From: an uncultured delta proteobacterium
GTDB lineage: Bacteria; Desulfobacterota; Binatia; UBA9968
Direction: 5' to 3'
Assembly (NCBI GenBank): GCA_963840855.1
Contig: CAWJBB010000006.1
Coordinates: 1-56,444, forward strand
DNA length: 56,444 bases
How positions within the stretch are numbered: position 1 is the stretch's first letter; each line of letters begins with the position of its first letter. A program made the translations under genes and the position numbers. Positions 1-9,287 of the stretch are shown piece by piece. The notes below the pieces were generated by a model, which ran no database searches, had not been told where the DNA came from, and worked only from the letters and a program-made list of their open reading frames with translations.

Positions 1-60
1 TTCTGAAGCTTGTAAGACACCCCTCGCTTGTCAACTTTTGGTCAGCCTCAGGTTCACAGT

Positions 61-136
61 TCACCGAATAACTTGTCCGCTCTCGCCAGCACATCGGGTG
101 GAATCCCCTAACCATTTTGGATTTAAAATTGTTCGA
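61..136 (-). repeat. Gene-less mini-unit 1 of the SBP array (leader stub fused to last ~14 codons of an SBP gene)
   Basis: Minus strand reads tcgaacaattttaaatccaaaatggttagggg-ATTCCACCCGATGTGCTGGCGAGAGCGGACAAG(-)TTATTCGGTGA = IPPDVLARADK.IR* with one base missing; directly follows the stop of the gene at 137. Confidence 0.8.
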
Positions 137-1142
137 TCATCGGATTACTTTGTCAGCTCTGGCTAATACGTTCGGCGGAATCGTTAGGCCGATCTGCTTC
201 GCTGTTTTCAGATTGATCACAAACTCGAACTTCGTCGGCTGCTCCACAGGTAGGTCGTAGGCTTGGCTCCTTTGAGGACCTCTTGTCTACGTAGGTGGCG
301 AAACGCGCCAGAAACTCTCATCATCATTGGTCGTATAGGACATGAGCCCGCCTGCCTCTACGAAGTCATTGCCTTCGAACATTGAAGGCAGCCGGTCTCC
401 TCTATCGCAAGATCAGCAATCCGTTTTTGATACCGATTGGAGCAGGCTTCCTCCCGATCGCTAATCAGGGGCGCTCGGGGGCCCGGCTGGCCGCTTGTCC
501 AAGCGCACTTTCCAAATCAGGGTTCGGACCGCGCACCTGCGAGGTCTTTGGAAGCGGGAAGTTCAGCGCGCGCGCCGCCGCTTCATAATCTTTAAAACCA
601 ATGGCCGTGAGCCTTCGTCATCCGCAGCCCTTTGCAGACTCCAAACGCGCGATATCTTCGGAGCTAATCCTCCTTGATCAACTCGAGACCGTTCTTGCAC
701 CTCAATATACGGGTGAGCCTGGCGAGCCCCGTAATTTTCCACCCGGTCGCGCCAAACTGTCGGATTATCCCGGTCGCGATCTGATCCAGCGTTTAGGTCA
801 CTAATGACAACGGGAATGGTCTTGGTCATCCTGCTCGGCTGCGAGGACCGCTTGAAAAGGCACGGCGACGAGAACATCCACCTTGAGTTGCACAAGCTCG
901 GCTATAACATCTGGGTACCGGTCCGCCTTTCCCCCAACGTAACGATACTCAACCAGGATATTTTTCTCCTCCGTATAGCCCAGATCCCGCAACCCTTGCC
1001 GGAATGACGCGGTGCGGGGATCGTTGGTGCCGGGACCAACGTATCCAATACGGGGGACTTTCGCTGGCTGCTGCGCCCAAACTGGAAGGCAAAGCGCATA
1101 GAGCAAAGCGCTAAGGGTGAGGACCGTGATTTTTTTCTTCAT
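137..1142 (-). pseudogene. ABC_sub_bind-family substrate-binding protein, multiply frameshifted (real or sequencing error)
   Basis: ORF 801..1193 gives signal peptide + QQPAKVPRIGYVGPG...; core near-identical to 5420..6475; 3' end [14 protein letters not shown]; several indels 270-830. Confidence 0.85.
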
Positions 1143-1189
1143 GTGTTTTTTCTGCCTCCATCCACCCGACACTCGACACTCGCCCCTTC

Positions 1190-2210
1190 TCACTTGATGA
1201 CCCGATCCGTCCGCCTAACACATTCGGCGGAATCGTGAGGCCGACCTGCTTCGCTGCTTTCAAGTTGATCACCAACTCAAACTTCATTGGCTGCTCGACC
1301 GGTAGGTCAGCGGGCTTGGCGCCTTTTAGAATTTTATCGACGTAGACGGCAGCGCGCCGGTACAAGTCTGTGTAACTCGTCCCATAGGACATGAAGCCAC
1401 CGGCTTCAACGGCTTCCTTTGTCCCATAAATTGTCGGCAATCGATTTTTTGACGCAAGTTCGATGATGCGATTTTGGTTAGCTGAGAATAGTGGATTCGA
1501 TGTAACAACGAGCGCGACGGTACGTGCTTTAATTGCGCTTTCGAAGGCGGTCCTGAGCTCAGCGGGGCTCCGTACCTCCATGGAGTGAACCGGGACACCC
1601 AGGGATTGCGCCGCCAGTTGGCTTTCTTTCCAACTGAGGGGGGACCCTGAACCCTGCGGGTTCCAGAGAACCCCCACACGGGAGGGCTTAGAAACAGTTT
1701 CCGTTAGCAGTTCAAGTCTTTTACCATTCACATCCGGCGACAGGGTGGTCACTCCTGTGATGTTCCCACCGGGCCGCGCAAGGCTGTCGACGAGCCCACT
1801 TGTAACCGGATTGCCGACGGTCACCATAACGATTGGTATCGTACTGTTAGCGCTCTTAACAGCCAAAACATCTTGCGTAGAGCCGGCAACAATGACGTCT
1901 GGCTTCAGACGCATTAATTCGGCGGCAAGCTGGTTGAGACGTTCTACCTTTCCTTCCGTTTGCCGATGTTCAATAATAATATTTTTTCCTTCAACGTAGT
2001 TTAGGTCGCGCAGGCCTCGGCGAAACGCTTCAAACCGATCGGATTGGCCGCCAGTTACTAGAAATTCTATTCGCGGGATTTTCCCCGGCTCTGCGCCGAC
2101 ACGGAAAAGCAAAGCGCAAAGAGCAGGGCGCCTGATAGGATTGCGGGTTTGAGATTGCTGAATGCGGATTTTAGATGAACCTCCAAAGAGTCGATCCGAA
2201 CTCGTTCCAT
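1190..2210 (-). pseudogene. ABC_sub_bind-family SBP with frameshifts near both ends
   Basis: ORF 1111..2112 carries SLARPGGNITG, GAKPADLPVEQP; RBS+ATG at 2210 is out of frame; native VIK* stop at 1190 is out of frame. Confidence 0.8.
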
Positions 2211-2268
2211 TGTCTTCCCCTCCAATCCAGAATCGTCTTCCTCACGCCTTTCGCCTCGCGCCTCACGC

Positions 2269-3267
2269 CTATCGAATCACCTTGTCCGCTCTCGCCAGCA
2301 CGTTGGGCGGAATCGTCAGGCCGATCTGCTTCGCCGTTTTCAGATTGATGATGAACTCAAACTTCGTCGGCAGCTCCACAGGCAGATCAGCGGGCTTTGA
2401 GCCTTTGAGGATTTTGTCCACAAAGTACGCGGCGCGCCGATACTGATCAGGATAATCGATGCCGTAGCTCATAAGCCCGCCTTCATCAACAAATTCCCTC
2501 GTTGGGTAGATTGCCGGCAGCCGGTGCTTCGTTGCAAGCTCTACGATAGGTTTTCGCTCAGCGAAAGCCGATGGATTACTTGTGGGGATGATTGCATCTA
2601 CCCGCTTCCGCTTTGCAGTCTCAAAGGCACCCTCCAGACCTTTCGGCTCGCGTTTAGCCGCTAGGTACAGCAGCTTCACTTGCAGAGCTTGAGCTGCGGG
2701 CGCGAGCTCTTTTATCTGTCGCTTCGCTCCCACATTTCCGAACTCCCCAACGGTAAGAACGCCCAACAGCGTTAGCTTCGGGACTACATCTTTTATTACT
2801 TCGACCCTTTTGGTGATTAGTTCAGGGGACAGCGTGCTGATCCCGGTGATATTCCCGCCCGGCTGGGCGAGGCTCTTGATGATCCCCGCGCCTACAGGAT
2901 CGCCACCGCTCGTCATAACGATCGGAATCGTCGATGTTGCTTGCTTTGCCGCGAGACCCCCGCTCGTGCCGCGGGCCACAATGACATCCACCTTGATTTG
3001 AACCAGCTCGGCTGCGAGTTCTTTGAGGCGTTCAAAACCTTTCCCTTCTCCAAACCGGTACTCGAAAGCGATGTTTTTGCCCTCGACCCACCCAGCTTCG
3101 CGCAATCGCTGCCGGAATACCTCCAAGAATGAAGCGGTGGGGGAAAAAGAACTGCCATCCAGGTACCCAATTCGGTAGATTTTTGCTGGCTGTTGCGCTT
3201 CGCTAGAACAGCAAAGCGCAAAGAGCATGGCGCTAAGCGTAAGAGACAAACAAATTTGTTGACTCAT
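2269..3267 (-). CDS. ABC_sub_bind-family substrate-binding protein
   Basis: Signal peptide MSQQICLSLTLSAMLFALC..AQQ; SLAQPGGNITG; GGLMSYG; ends [14 protein letters not shown]; GGAG upstream of ATG 3267. Confidence 0.92.
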   Translation of the reverse strand: MSQQICLSLTLSAMLFALCCSSEAQQPAKIYRIGYLDGSSFSPTASFLEVFRQRLREAGWVEGKNIAFEYRFGEGKGFERLKELAAELVQIKVDVIVARGTSGGLAAKQATSTIPIVMTSGGDPVGAGIIKSLAQPGGNITGISTLSPELITKRVEVIKDVVPKLTLLGVLTVGEFGNVGAKRQIKELAPAAQALQVKLLYLAAKREPKGLEGAFETAKRKRVDAIIPTSNPSAFAERKPIVELATKHRLPAIYPTREFVDEGGLMSYGIDYPDQYRRAAYFVDKILKGSKPADLPVELPTKFEFIINLKTAKQIGLTIPPNVLARADKVIR

Positions 3268-3304
3268 CGTTTCTCTCCTTACCCTTCGCCTCACGGCTCG
3301 CGCC

Positions 3305-4283
3305 TCACCGAATCATTTTAGTCCGCTCGGCATGAGCAATCGGGTGGAATTGTCAGCCCAAGATTTGTTTCGCCGTTTTTAAGTTGAACGTCGAACTCAA
3401 ACTTCGTCGGCTGCTCCACCGGCAGGTCAGCCGGTTTGGCTCCTTTGAGGATTCTGTCCACGAAATGTGCAGCGCGCCGATACAAGGCGGGAAAATCCGT
3501 CCCGTAGGACATAAGACCGCTAGCCTCTACAAACACACTATCGTCGTGGATCGCCGGAATCCGGCTCTTTAACGCCAGCCCAGCGATTCGTTGTAGGTGC
3601 GCATTGATGACGGGAGCCCGTAGCATGATGAGAGCCTCGGCGCGCTGCTTGGTTGCTGCTCGAAATGCGCTCTCCAATTCGTCCGGACCACGCACATCGA
3701 TGGATTGAAGCTGTAAATCGAGCGACCGTGCAGCGGTCTCAATTTCCTTGAAATTGAGCACGAAGCGTGGTTCGACGGAGCTCCAGAGCACGGCCACTCG
3801 TGTAAGCCGGGGAACTACCTCTTTGAGTAGCTCCAGAAGTTTACCCCTTAACTCGGTCGCCAGAGTGGTTACCCCGGTGATATTTCCACCCGGGTGCGCG
3901 AGACCGGCAACTAGCCCAGCTTCAACAGGATCATCACCGACAGCTATGACGATAGGGATCGCATTCGTTGCATCCTTGGCCCGCAACGCCACTGGCGTTC
4001 CCGTCGCCACAATAACATCAACCTTGAGCCGAACCATCTCAGCGGCGAAGCCGGCAAGCTGCTCAATTTTTCCATGCCCCCACCGGTACTCGACAGAAAT
4101 GTTCTTTCCTTCGATATAGCCAAGATCGCGGAGCCCTTGGCGGAACCCTTCGTCGCGCGGCTCCGGGTTGGAACGGGCCGCTAAATAACCAATTCGCGGG
4201 AATTTCGCCGCCTGCTGCGCCTAAACGGGAACGCTGAGCGCCAAGAGCAATACGCTAAGAGCCAAAGCAAAAATTTGTTTCAT
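3305..4283 (-). pseudogene. ABC_sub_bind-family SBP with in-frame TAG at codon 21 and garbled 3' end
   Basis: ATG 4283 MKQIFALALSVLLLALSVPV-TAG(4221-4223)-AQQAAKFPRIG continues in frame into ORF 3318..4037; indels after KFEF. Confidence 0.8.
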
Positions 4284-4322
4284 CATTTCTTCCTCTCGTG
4301 CCTTCCGCCTCGCGCCTCACGC

Positions 4323-5363
4323 CTATCGAATGACTCTATCCGCTATCACCAGCACATTCGGTGGAATCGTAACACCGATCTGCTTCGCGGTCTTTAGATT
4401 GATGATGAACTCGAACTTCGTCGGTTGCTCCACGGGCAGATCGGCGGGCTTGGCTCCCTTGAGTATCTTGTCAACGAAAACAGCAGCGCGCCTGAAACTT
4501 TCAGTATCGCTGGTTGAATAGGACATCAGGCAACCGGCCTCGACGTACTTACTTGCTTCGCACAATGAAGGCAGCCGGTTTTTTATGGCAAAGTCCGCAA
4601 TCTTTTTCGAGTGGGGGTCGAGCACGGGACCCCTAACCGTGATGAGCGCGCTCGTGCGTCCTTGGACCGCGGCTTGAAATGCACCCTCCAAATCAGGGTT
4701 CGGACTTCGTACCGCCAGCGATTGAACCTGTATCTTTAGAATGGGCTTAGCGGCCTCGTATTCCTTAAGGGCAATAACGGACCCTGTTACCTCCGCAGCG
4801 CCCGTCGAATTCCAGAGGATTCCAACACGCGCTATCCTCGGGACCACCTCCTTAAGCAATTCCAGCCGTTTTCCGCTTAACTCTCGGGTGAGTCTGGTCA
4901 GCCCTGTGACGTTTCCGCCCGGCTGAGCCAAGCTAGCGACCAGCCCAGTCGCGACTGGATCTGCAGTAGTGACCATCACAATGGGAATCGTCTTGCTTGC
5001 TTGCTTGGCCGCGCGGATCGCTCGAAGAAGTGAGAGGACAAGGACATCGACCTTCAGTTGCACGAGTTCAGGTACAAGGCCTGGGACTCGGTCCACCTTT
5101 CCTTCATGGTTGCGATACTCAACGAGGAAATTTTTCCCCTCGATGTAACCCAGATCTCGCAGCCCCTGCCGGAATCCCTCGACATTAGAGGGATCGTCTC
5201 CTCCCACAAATCCTATCCGGGGAATCTTCGTAGGCTGCTGCGCCTCGGCCATGCCCACATACCCCGCGAGCAAAATAAGGAATGCGAGAAACCCCACCGA
5301 TTTCAGATTTTGGATTTTAGATTTCCGATTATCGGAATGGGACTTCGAAGGAAATAAATTCAT
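4323..5363 (-). CDS. ABC_sub_bind-family substrate-binding protein
   Basis: Family motifs; GGAG before ATG 5363; N-terminus NRKSKIQNLKS encoded by heptamer repeats. Confidence 0.9.
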   Translation of the reverse strand: MNLFPSKSHSDNRKSKIQNLKSVGFLAFLILLAGYVGMAEAQQPTKIPRIGFVGGDDPSNVEGFRQGLRDLGYIEGKNFLVEYRNHEGKVDRVPGLVPELVQLKVDVLVLSLLRAIRAAKQASKTIPIVMVTTADPVATGLVASLAQPGGNVTGLTRLTRELSGKRLELLKEVVPRIARVGILWNSTGAAEVTGSVIALKEYEAAKPILKIQVQSLAVRSPNPDLEGAFQAAVQGRTSALITVRGPVLDPHSKKIADFAIKNRLPSLCEASKYVEAGCLMSYSTSDTESFRRAAVFVDKILKGAKPADLPVEQPTKFEFIINLKTAKQIGVTIPPNVLVIADRVIR

Positions 5364-5419
5364 GTATTTGTTCTCCGGGTTTTCAATCCAAAATCGGCAA
5401 TCCAAAATCGAAATTTGTT

Positions 5420-6475
5420 TCACCGAATTACTTTGTCCGCCCTTGCCAGCACATTCGGTGGTATCGTCAGGCCGATCTGCTTCGCCGTCTTGAGGTTGAT
5501 GATGAACTCGAACTTCGTCGGTTGCTCCACAGGCAGATCAGCGGGTTTGGCTCCCTTCAGGATCGTGTCCACATATACGGCAGCACGCCTGAAACTCTCA
5601 TCATCATTGGTCGTATAGGACATGAGCCCGCCTGCCTCTACGAAGTCATTGCCTTCGAACATTGAAGGTAGCCGGTTCTCTATCGCAAGATCAGCAATCC
5701 GTTTTTGATACCGATTGAGCAGACTCCCCCTGATCGCAATCAGGGCGCTCGGGGGCCCCTTGGCCGCTTCTCCAAGCGCACTTTCCAAATCAGGGTTCGG
5801 ACCGCGCACCTCAAGGCTTTGAAGCGGGAACTTTAGCGCGCGTGCCGCCGCCTCATAATCTTTAAAACCAATGGCCGAGCCTTCGTCATCTGCAGCCCGC
5901 AGGACTCCAACGCGTGATATCTTCGGAGCGGTCTCCCTGATCAACTCGAGCCGTTTTGCACCCAATATTCGGGTGAGCCTGGCGAGGCCCGTAATATTTC
6001 CACCCGGTCGCGCTAAGCTGTCGACTATCCCGGTCGCTACTGGATCAAGTGTTGTCACTATGACAACGGGAATGGTCTTGGTCATCTGCTTGGCTGCGAG
6101 GATCGCTTGAAAAGGCACGGCGACGAGGACTTCGACTTTGAGTTGCACAAGCTCGGCCACAACATCTGGATACCGGTCCGCCTTTCCCCCAACGTAACGA
6201 TACTCAACCAGGATATTTTTCTCCTCCGTATAGCCGAGATCCCGCAAGCCTTGCCGGAATGACGCAGTGCGGGGATCGTCCGTGCCGGGACCAACGTATC
6301 CTATACGAGGGACTTTCGCTGGCTGCTGCGCCTGAGCCACCGCCCCAGTTACCACGAGCACGAAAGCGATTACCGAAAGCCCCATCCATTTTGGATTTTG
6401 GATTGCCGTCTGCGGGGCCGCTTTTCGATTGTCGAAGCGATACCAATGAAGTGCAGTTCGAGATGTCTGAGCCAT
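5420..6475 (-). CDS. ABC_sub_bind-family substrate-binding protein
   Basis: Family motifs; start uncertain (ATG 6475 or the downstream MGLSV). Confidence 0.9.
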   Translation of the reverse strand: MAQTSRTALHWYRFDNRKAAPQTAIQNPKWMGLSVIAFVLVVTGAVAQAQQPAKVPRIGYVGPGTDDPRTASFRQGLRDLGYTEEKNILVEYRYVGGKADRYPDVVAELVQLKVEVLVAVPFQAILAAKQMTKTIPVVIVTTLDPVATGIVDSLARPGGNITGLARLTRILGAKRLELIRETAPKISRVGVLRAADDEGSAIGFKDYEAAARALKFPLQSLEVRGPNPDLESALGEAAKGPPSALIAIRGSLLNRYQKRIADLAIENRLPSMFEGNDFVEAGGLMSYTTNDDESFRRAAVYVDTILKGAKPADLPVEQPTKFEFIINLKTAKQIGLTIPPNVLARADKVIR

Positions 6476-6505
6476 GTCTTGGGCCCCCAATCTAAAATCC
6501 AAATT

Positions 6506-7495
6506 TCATCTGATGACCCGGTCCGCGCGTGCCAGCATGTTCGGCGGAATTGTCAGACCAATTTGTTTCGCCGCCTTCAAATTGATGAAGAACTCGAACT
6601 TCATCGGCTGCTCGATGGGTAAGTCCGCAGGCTTGGAGCCTTTGAGAATCTTGTCCACGTAGGTGGCGGCGCGCCGGTGGACGTCTGATATGCTTGAGCC
6701 GTAGGACATAAGGCCTCCCGCTTCCGGCCAGTTCTTGTCTGAATAGATCGCTGGAAGTCGGTGCTTTGCCGTTAGATTTATAATTCGTTTAAGGTCACTG
6801 CTCACAGGAGGTTGCTGCGCCACGATTAGAGCGCTCGCCCGTGCTTTGGCTGCTCTGTCGAATGCAGCCTCGATCTCGTTAGCTTGCCTGATCTCAAGCG
6901 GTTGAATCTGCAAACCCAACGCCTTTGATGAGACGTCTAGTTCCCTTAGCACCTCAGATGCGCCCGGACTGGTCGGATTGAAAATGTAGGCCACACGGGA
7001 AAGTTTGGGTTTTGTCTCCTTGAGAAGATCAAGCCTCTTCCCGTACAACTCAGCGCCAGCATTGGTCACTCCGGTCATATTGCCACCCGGCCGTGAGAAA
7101 CTAGCGACAAGCCCAAGCGGCACTGTAGTGGCACCGCCAGTAAAGACTATGGGGATTGTGTTCGTTGCGTTCTTGGCCGCTAAGATCGATGTAGTCCCTC
7201 CCGAGGTGACAATCACATCGACCTTGAGACGAACCAGCTCAGCGGCGAGGTCGGGAAGACGATCGGTTATTCCATTCGCCCATCGGTATTCAATGAGAAT
7301 ATCTTTCCCTTCCGAATAGCCGAGGTCAAGCAGGCCCTGCCGAAATGCCGCGACGCGGTCTGCTGATCGGGATTCGGACTGCGCGCTTAGAAATCCTATG
7401 CGTGGAACCTTCGCTGACGGCTGCTGCGCCTCTACGGAAAAGCAAAGCGCGAAGTGCATAGCGCTAAGTAAAAGACCAAAGATTTTTCTTCTCAT
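6506..7495 (-). CDS. ABC_sub_bind-family substrate-binding protein
   Basis: GAGGAGG RBS, signal peptide, family motifs, ends [12 protein letters not shown]. Confidence 0.93.
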   Translation of the reverse strand: MRRKIFGLLLSAMHFALCFSVEAQQPSAKVPRIGFLSAQSESRSADRVAAFRQGLLDLGYSEGKDILIEYRWANGITDRLPDLAAELVRLKVDVIVTSGGTTSILAAKNATNTIPIVFTGGATTVPLGLVASFSRPGGNMTGVTNAGAELYGKRLDLLKETKPKLSRVAYIFNPTSPGASEVLRELDVSSKALGLQIQPLEIRQANEIEAAFDRAAKARASALIVAQQPPVSSDLKRIINLTAKHRLPAIYSDKNWPEAGGLMSYGSSISDVHRRAATYVDKILKGSKPADLPIEQPMKFEFFINLKAAKQIGLTIPPNMLARADRVIR

Positions 7496-7570
7496 TAGGT
7501 TCCTCCTCTGTATTTGCTGCCCTCAGCTCTTTGCCCTTTGCTCTCTGCGTACTTTCCCCGCCGCTCACTG

Positions 7571-8563
7571 TTATCTTATGACTTTGTCCGCTCTTGCCAG
7601 CACGTTCGGTGGAATCGTCAGGCCGATCTGCTTCGCGGTCTTGAGATTGATCACAAACTCAAACTTTATCGGCTGCTCTACCGGTAGTTCCGCGGGATTC
7701 GTGCCTTTGAGGATTTTATCCACATAGACAGCGGCGCGCCGGTCCAAGTCGCTCAAACTCACGCCGTAACTCATAAGCGCCCCGGCTTCCACAGCAGTTC
7801 TGCTTTCGTGTATCGCCGGGAGTCGGTTCTTTACCGCGAGGTCTACAATCTGTGTTTGTGTTCGCGCTCTGGCGGCGACGCGGGCCGACACGACCCAGAG
7901 GACTGCGTCAGCGCGCGCTTTGGCGGCGGCTTGGAATGCGGGCTCGATATCCGTGGGAGCCAACACGTCGACGTGTTGAAGCTTCACTCCAAGCGCCCCT
8001 GCGGCGAGTTCGATCTCTTTTAGTTCGTGCGCATATTCTTGGCTGGTTGAAGTCCCGATGACGGCCACGCGAGAGAGTCGGGGAACGATCTCCTTCAAAA
8101 GCTCCAGACGTTTTCCGCTTATCTCTGGGGCCAGGGTTGACAATCCAGTTATGTTCCCGCCCGGCCGCGCAAGACTGGCAACGAATCCACTTGCAACAGG
8201 GTCACTATCCTGAGTCATCACAATAGGAATCGTAACAGTTGCTTGCTTGGCGGGCCGGGTAGCCCCCGAACCCCCCGTGACGATTACGTCTACCTTCAGG
8301 GCCACAAGCTCGGCCGCGAGCGCGGGGAGGCGATCGAGTTTTCCCTCTGCACATCGCCACTCAATGACAATGTTTTTCCCCTCCACGTACCCAAGCTCGC
8401 GCAGTCCCTGCCGAAATGCCTCGGTGCGGTCTGAGATAACAGAAGGGGTGGTAGCACTTAAGTAGCCGATCCGCGGAACTTTCTTCGCCTGCTGCGCCTC
8501 TGCGGACAAGCCGAGCGCAAAGAGCACAGCGCCAAGAGCAAGACAAACGATGCCTTTTTTCAT
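7571..8563 (-). CDS. ABC_sub_bind-family substrate-binding protein
   Basis: Signal peptide, SLARPGGNITG, ends [12 protein letters not shown]. Confidence 0.93.
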   Translation of the reverse strand: MKKGIVCLALGAVLFALGLSAEAQQAKKVPRIGYLSATTPSVISDRTEAFRQGLRELGYVEGKNIVIEWRCAEGKLDRLPALAAELVALKVDVIVTGGSGATRPAKQATVTIPIVMTQDSDPVASGFVASLARPGGNITGLSTLAPEISGKRLELLKEIVPRLSRVAVIGTSTSQEYAHELKEIELAAGALGVKLQHVDVLAPTDIEPAFQAAAKARADAVLWVVSARVAARARTQTQIVDLAVKNRLPAIHESRTAVEAGALMSYGVSLSDLDRRAAVYVDKILKGTNPAELPVEQPIKFEFVINLKTAKQIGLTIPPNVLARADKVIR

Positions 8564-8574
8564 CTCTTCCCTCT

Positions 8575-8607
8575 CACGTCTTACCGAATCGCCTTGGCCG
8601 CGCTCGC
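8575..8607 (-). repeat. Degenerate SBP 3'-end site bounding the TA module; 15-bp direct repeat with 9282-9296
   Basis: Minus strand GCGAGCGCGGCCAAGGCGATTCGGTAA (ASAAKAIR*) vs SBP ends GCGAGAGCGGACAAGGTGATTCG.TRA; + strand CACGTCTTACCGAAT (8575-8589) vs CACGCCTTACCGAAT (9282-9296). Confidence 0.75.
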
Positions 8608-8649
8608 ATGCTGCAAGTCACGCAAACCTTGAGCGCTATCTCCAAGTAC

Positions 8650-8658
8650 TGATATACT
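8650..8658 (+). promoter_or_regulatory. Extended -10 promoter (TGnTATACT) for a probably leaderless TA transcript
   Basis: TGATATACT ends 7 nt before ATG 8666; no SD; TTGAGC 18 nt upstream of the -10. Confidence 0.55.
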
Positions 8659-8665
8659 TTCCCAT

Positions 8666-8896
8666 ATGAAAACCATTGCTGTTGACGATGCTACGGTGAA
8701 GCTGCTCGATGAATTGGCCCAGGGTTCGGCGCGGCGAAAAAGCCGGGCCGCATTGCTTCGCACGGCATTGCGCCAATATGCAGCACGGGAACGACGGAGA
8801 GACAGTGATTCAAAAGACGGTGCAGTGTTTCGTAAGAACCGCAAGCGTCTCGCTCGCCAGGCCCGCGCACTCATCTCGGAGCAAGCGCGCTCGTGA
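8666..8896 (+). CDS. Ribbon-helix-helix (CopG-like) antitoxin
   Basis: 76 aa, MKTIAVDD..LLDELA..KSRAALLRTALRQY RHH pattern; overlaps toxin start (GTGA). Confidence 0.8.
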   Translation: MKTIAVDDATVKLLDELAQGSARRKSRAALLRTALRQYAARERRRDSDSKDGAVFRKNRKRLARQARALISEQARS

Positions 8897-9228
8897 GGCG
8901 CGGGGAAATCTACCGTACACGCGAACGAGTTCCGGAGCGCGGCGCCAAACCCGGTTTTTACGTCGTAGTATCGCGGACATTTGTCGCCGAACATGAAGAT
9001 GTGTCGACTGTCGTCTGTGCTCCGGTTTATGGGCAAATCCTCGGACTCACGACCGAAGTCGTATTGGGGCCGGAAGACGGCGTGCCACGCACATGCGCGA
9101 TCCGCTGCGATTTTCTCACCTTGATGTTCAAAAGTAAGCTCACTCACTTTGTTTCCACCTTGTCCGCGTTCAAACTTGCCCAACTCAACCGCGCGCTTGC
9201 TCACGCCCTTGAACTTCCTTCTCGATAA
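8893..9228 (+). CDS. PemK/MazF-family toxin
   Basis: MRRGEIY...GAKPGFYVVVS...VVCAPV...EVVLGPEDG...CAIRCD...LNRALAHAL, typical PemK-like layout. Confidence 0.85.
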   Translation: MRRGEIYRTRERVPERGAKPGFYVVVSRTFVAEHEDVSTVVCAPVYGQILGLTTEVVLGPEDGVPRTCAIRCDFLTLMFKSKLTHFVSTLSAFKLAQLNRALAHALELPSR

Positions 9229-9287
9229 GCAAAAACGTTTGGCTCCTATTGCAAAATCGCATTTTCATCTAACCCCTGAACCACGCC

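Noticed and set aside
1-60. Minus-strand TTGACA (34-29) after the last mini-unit, possible promoter of a next unit
   Set aside because: The -10 match is weak and the downstream gene lies outside the window.
4221-4223. In-frame TAG as pyrrolysine or programmed read-through
   Set aside because: It aligns to Glu (GAG) of the V-E-A-Q-Q signal-cleavage region in paralogs and the same gene has 3' indels; a point mutation or error is simpler.
8581-9204. 207-aa minus-strand ORF ending ASAAKAIR
   Set aside because: Antisense shadow of the TA genes; only its last codons matter, as the SBP-end remnant.
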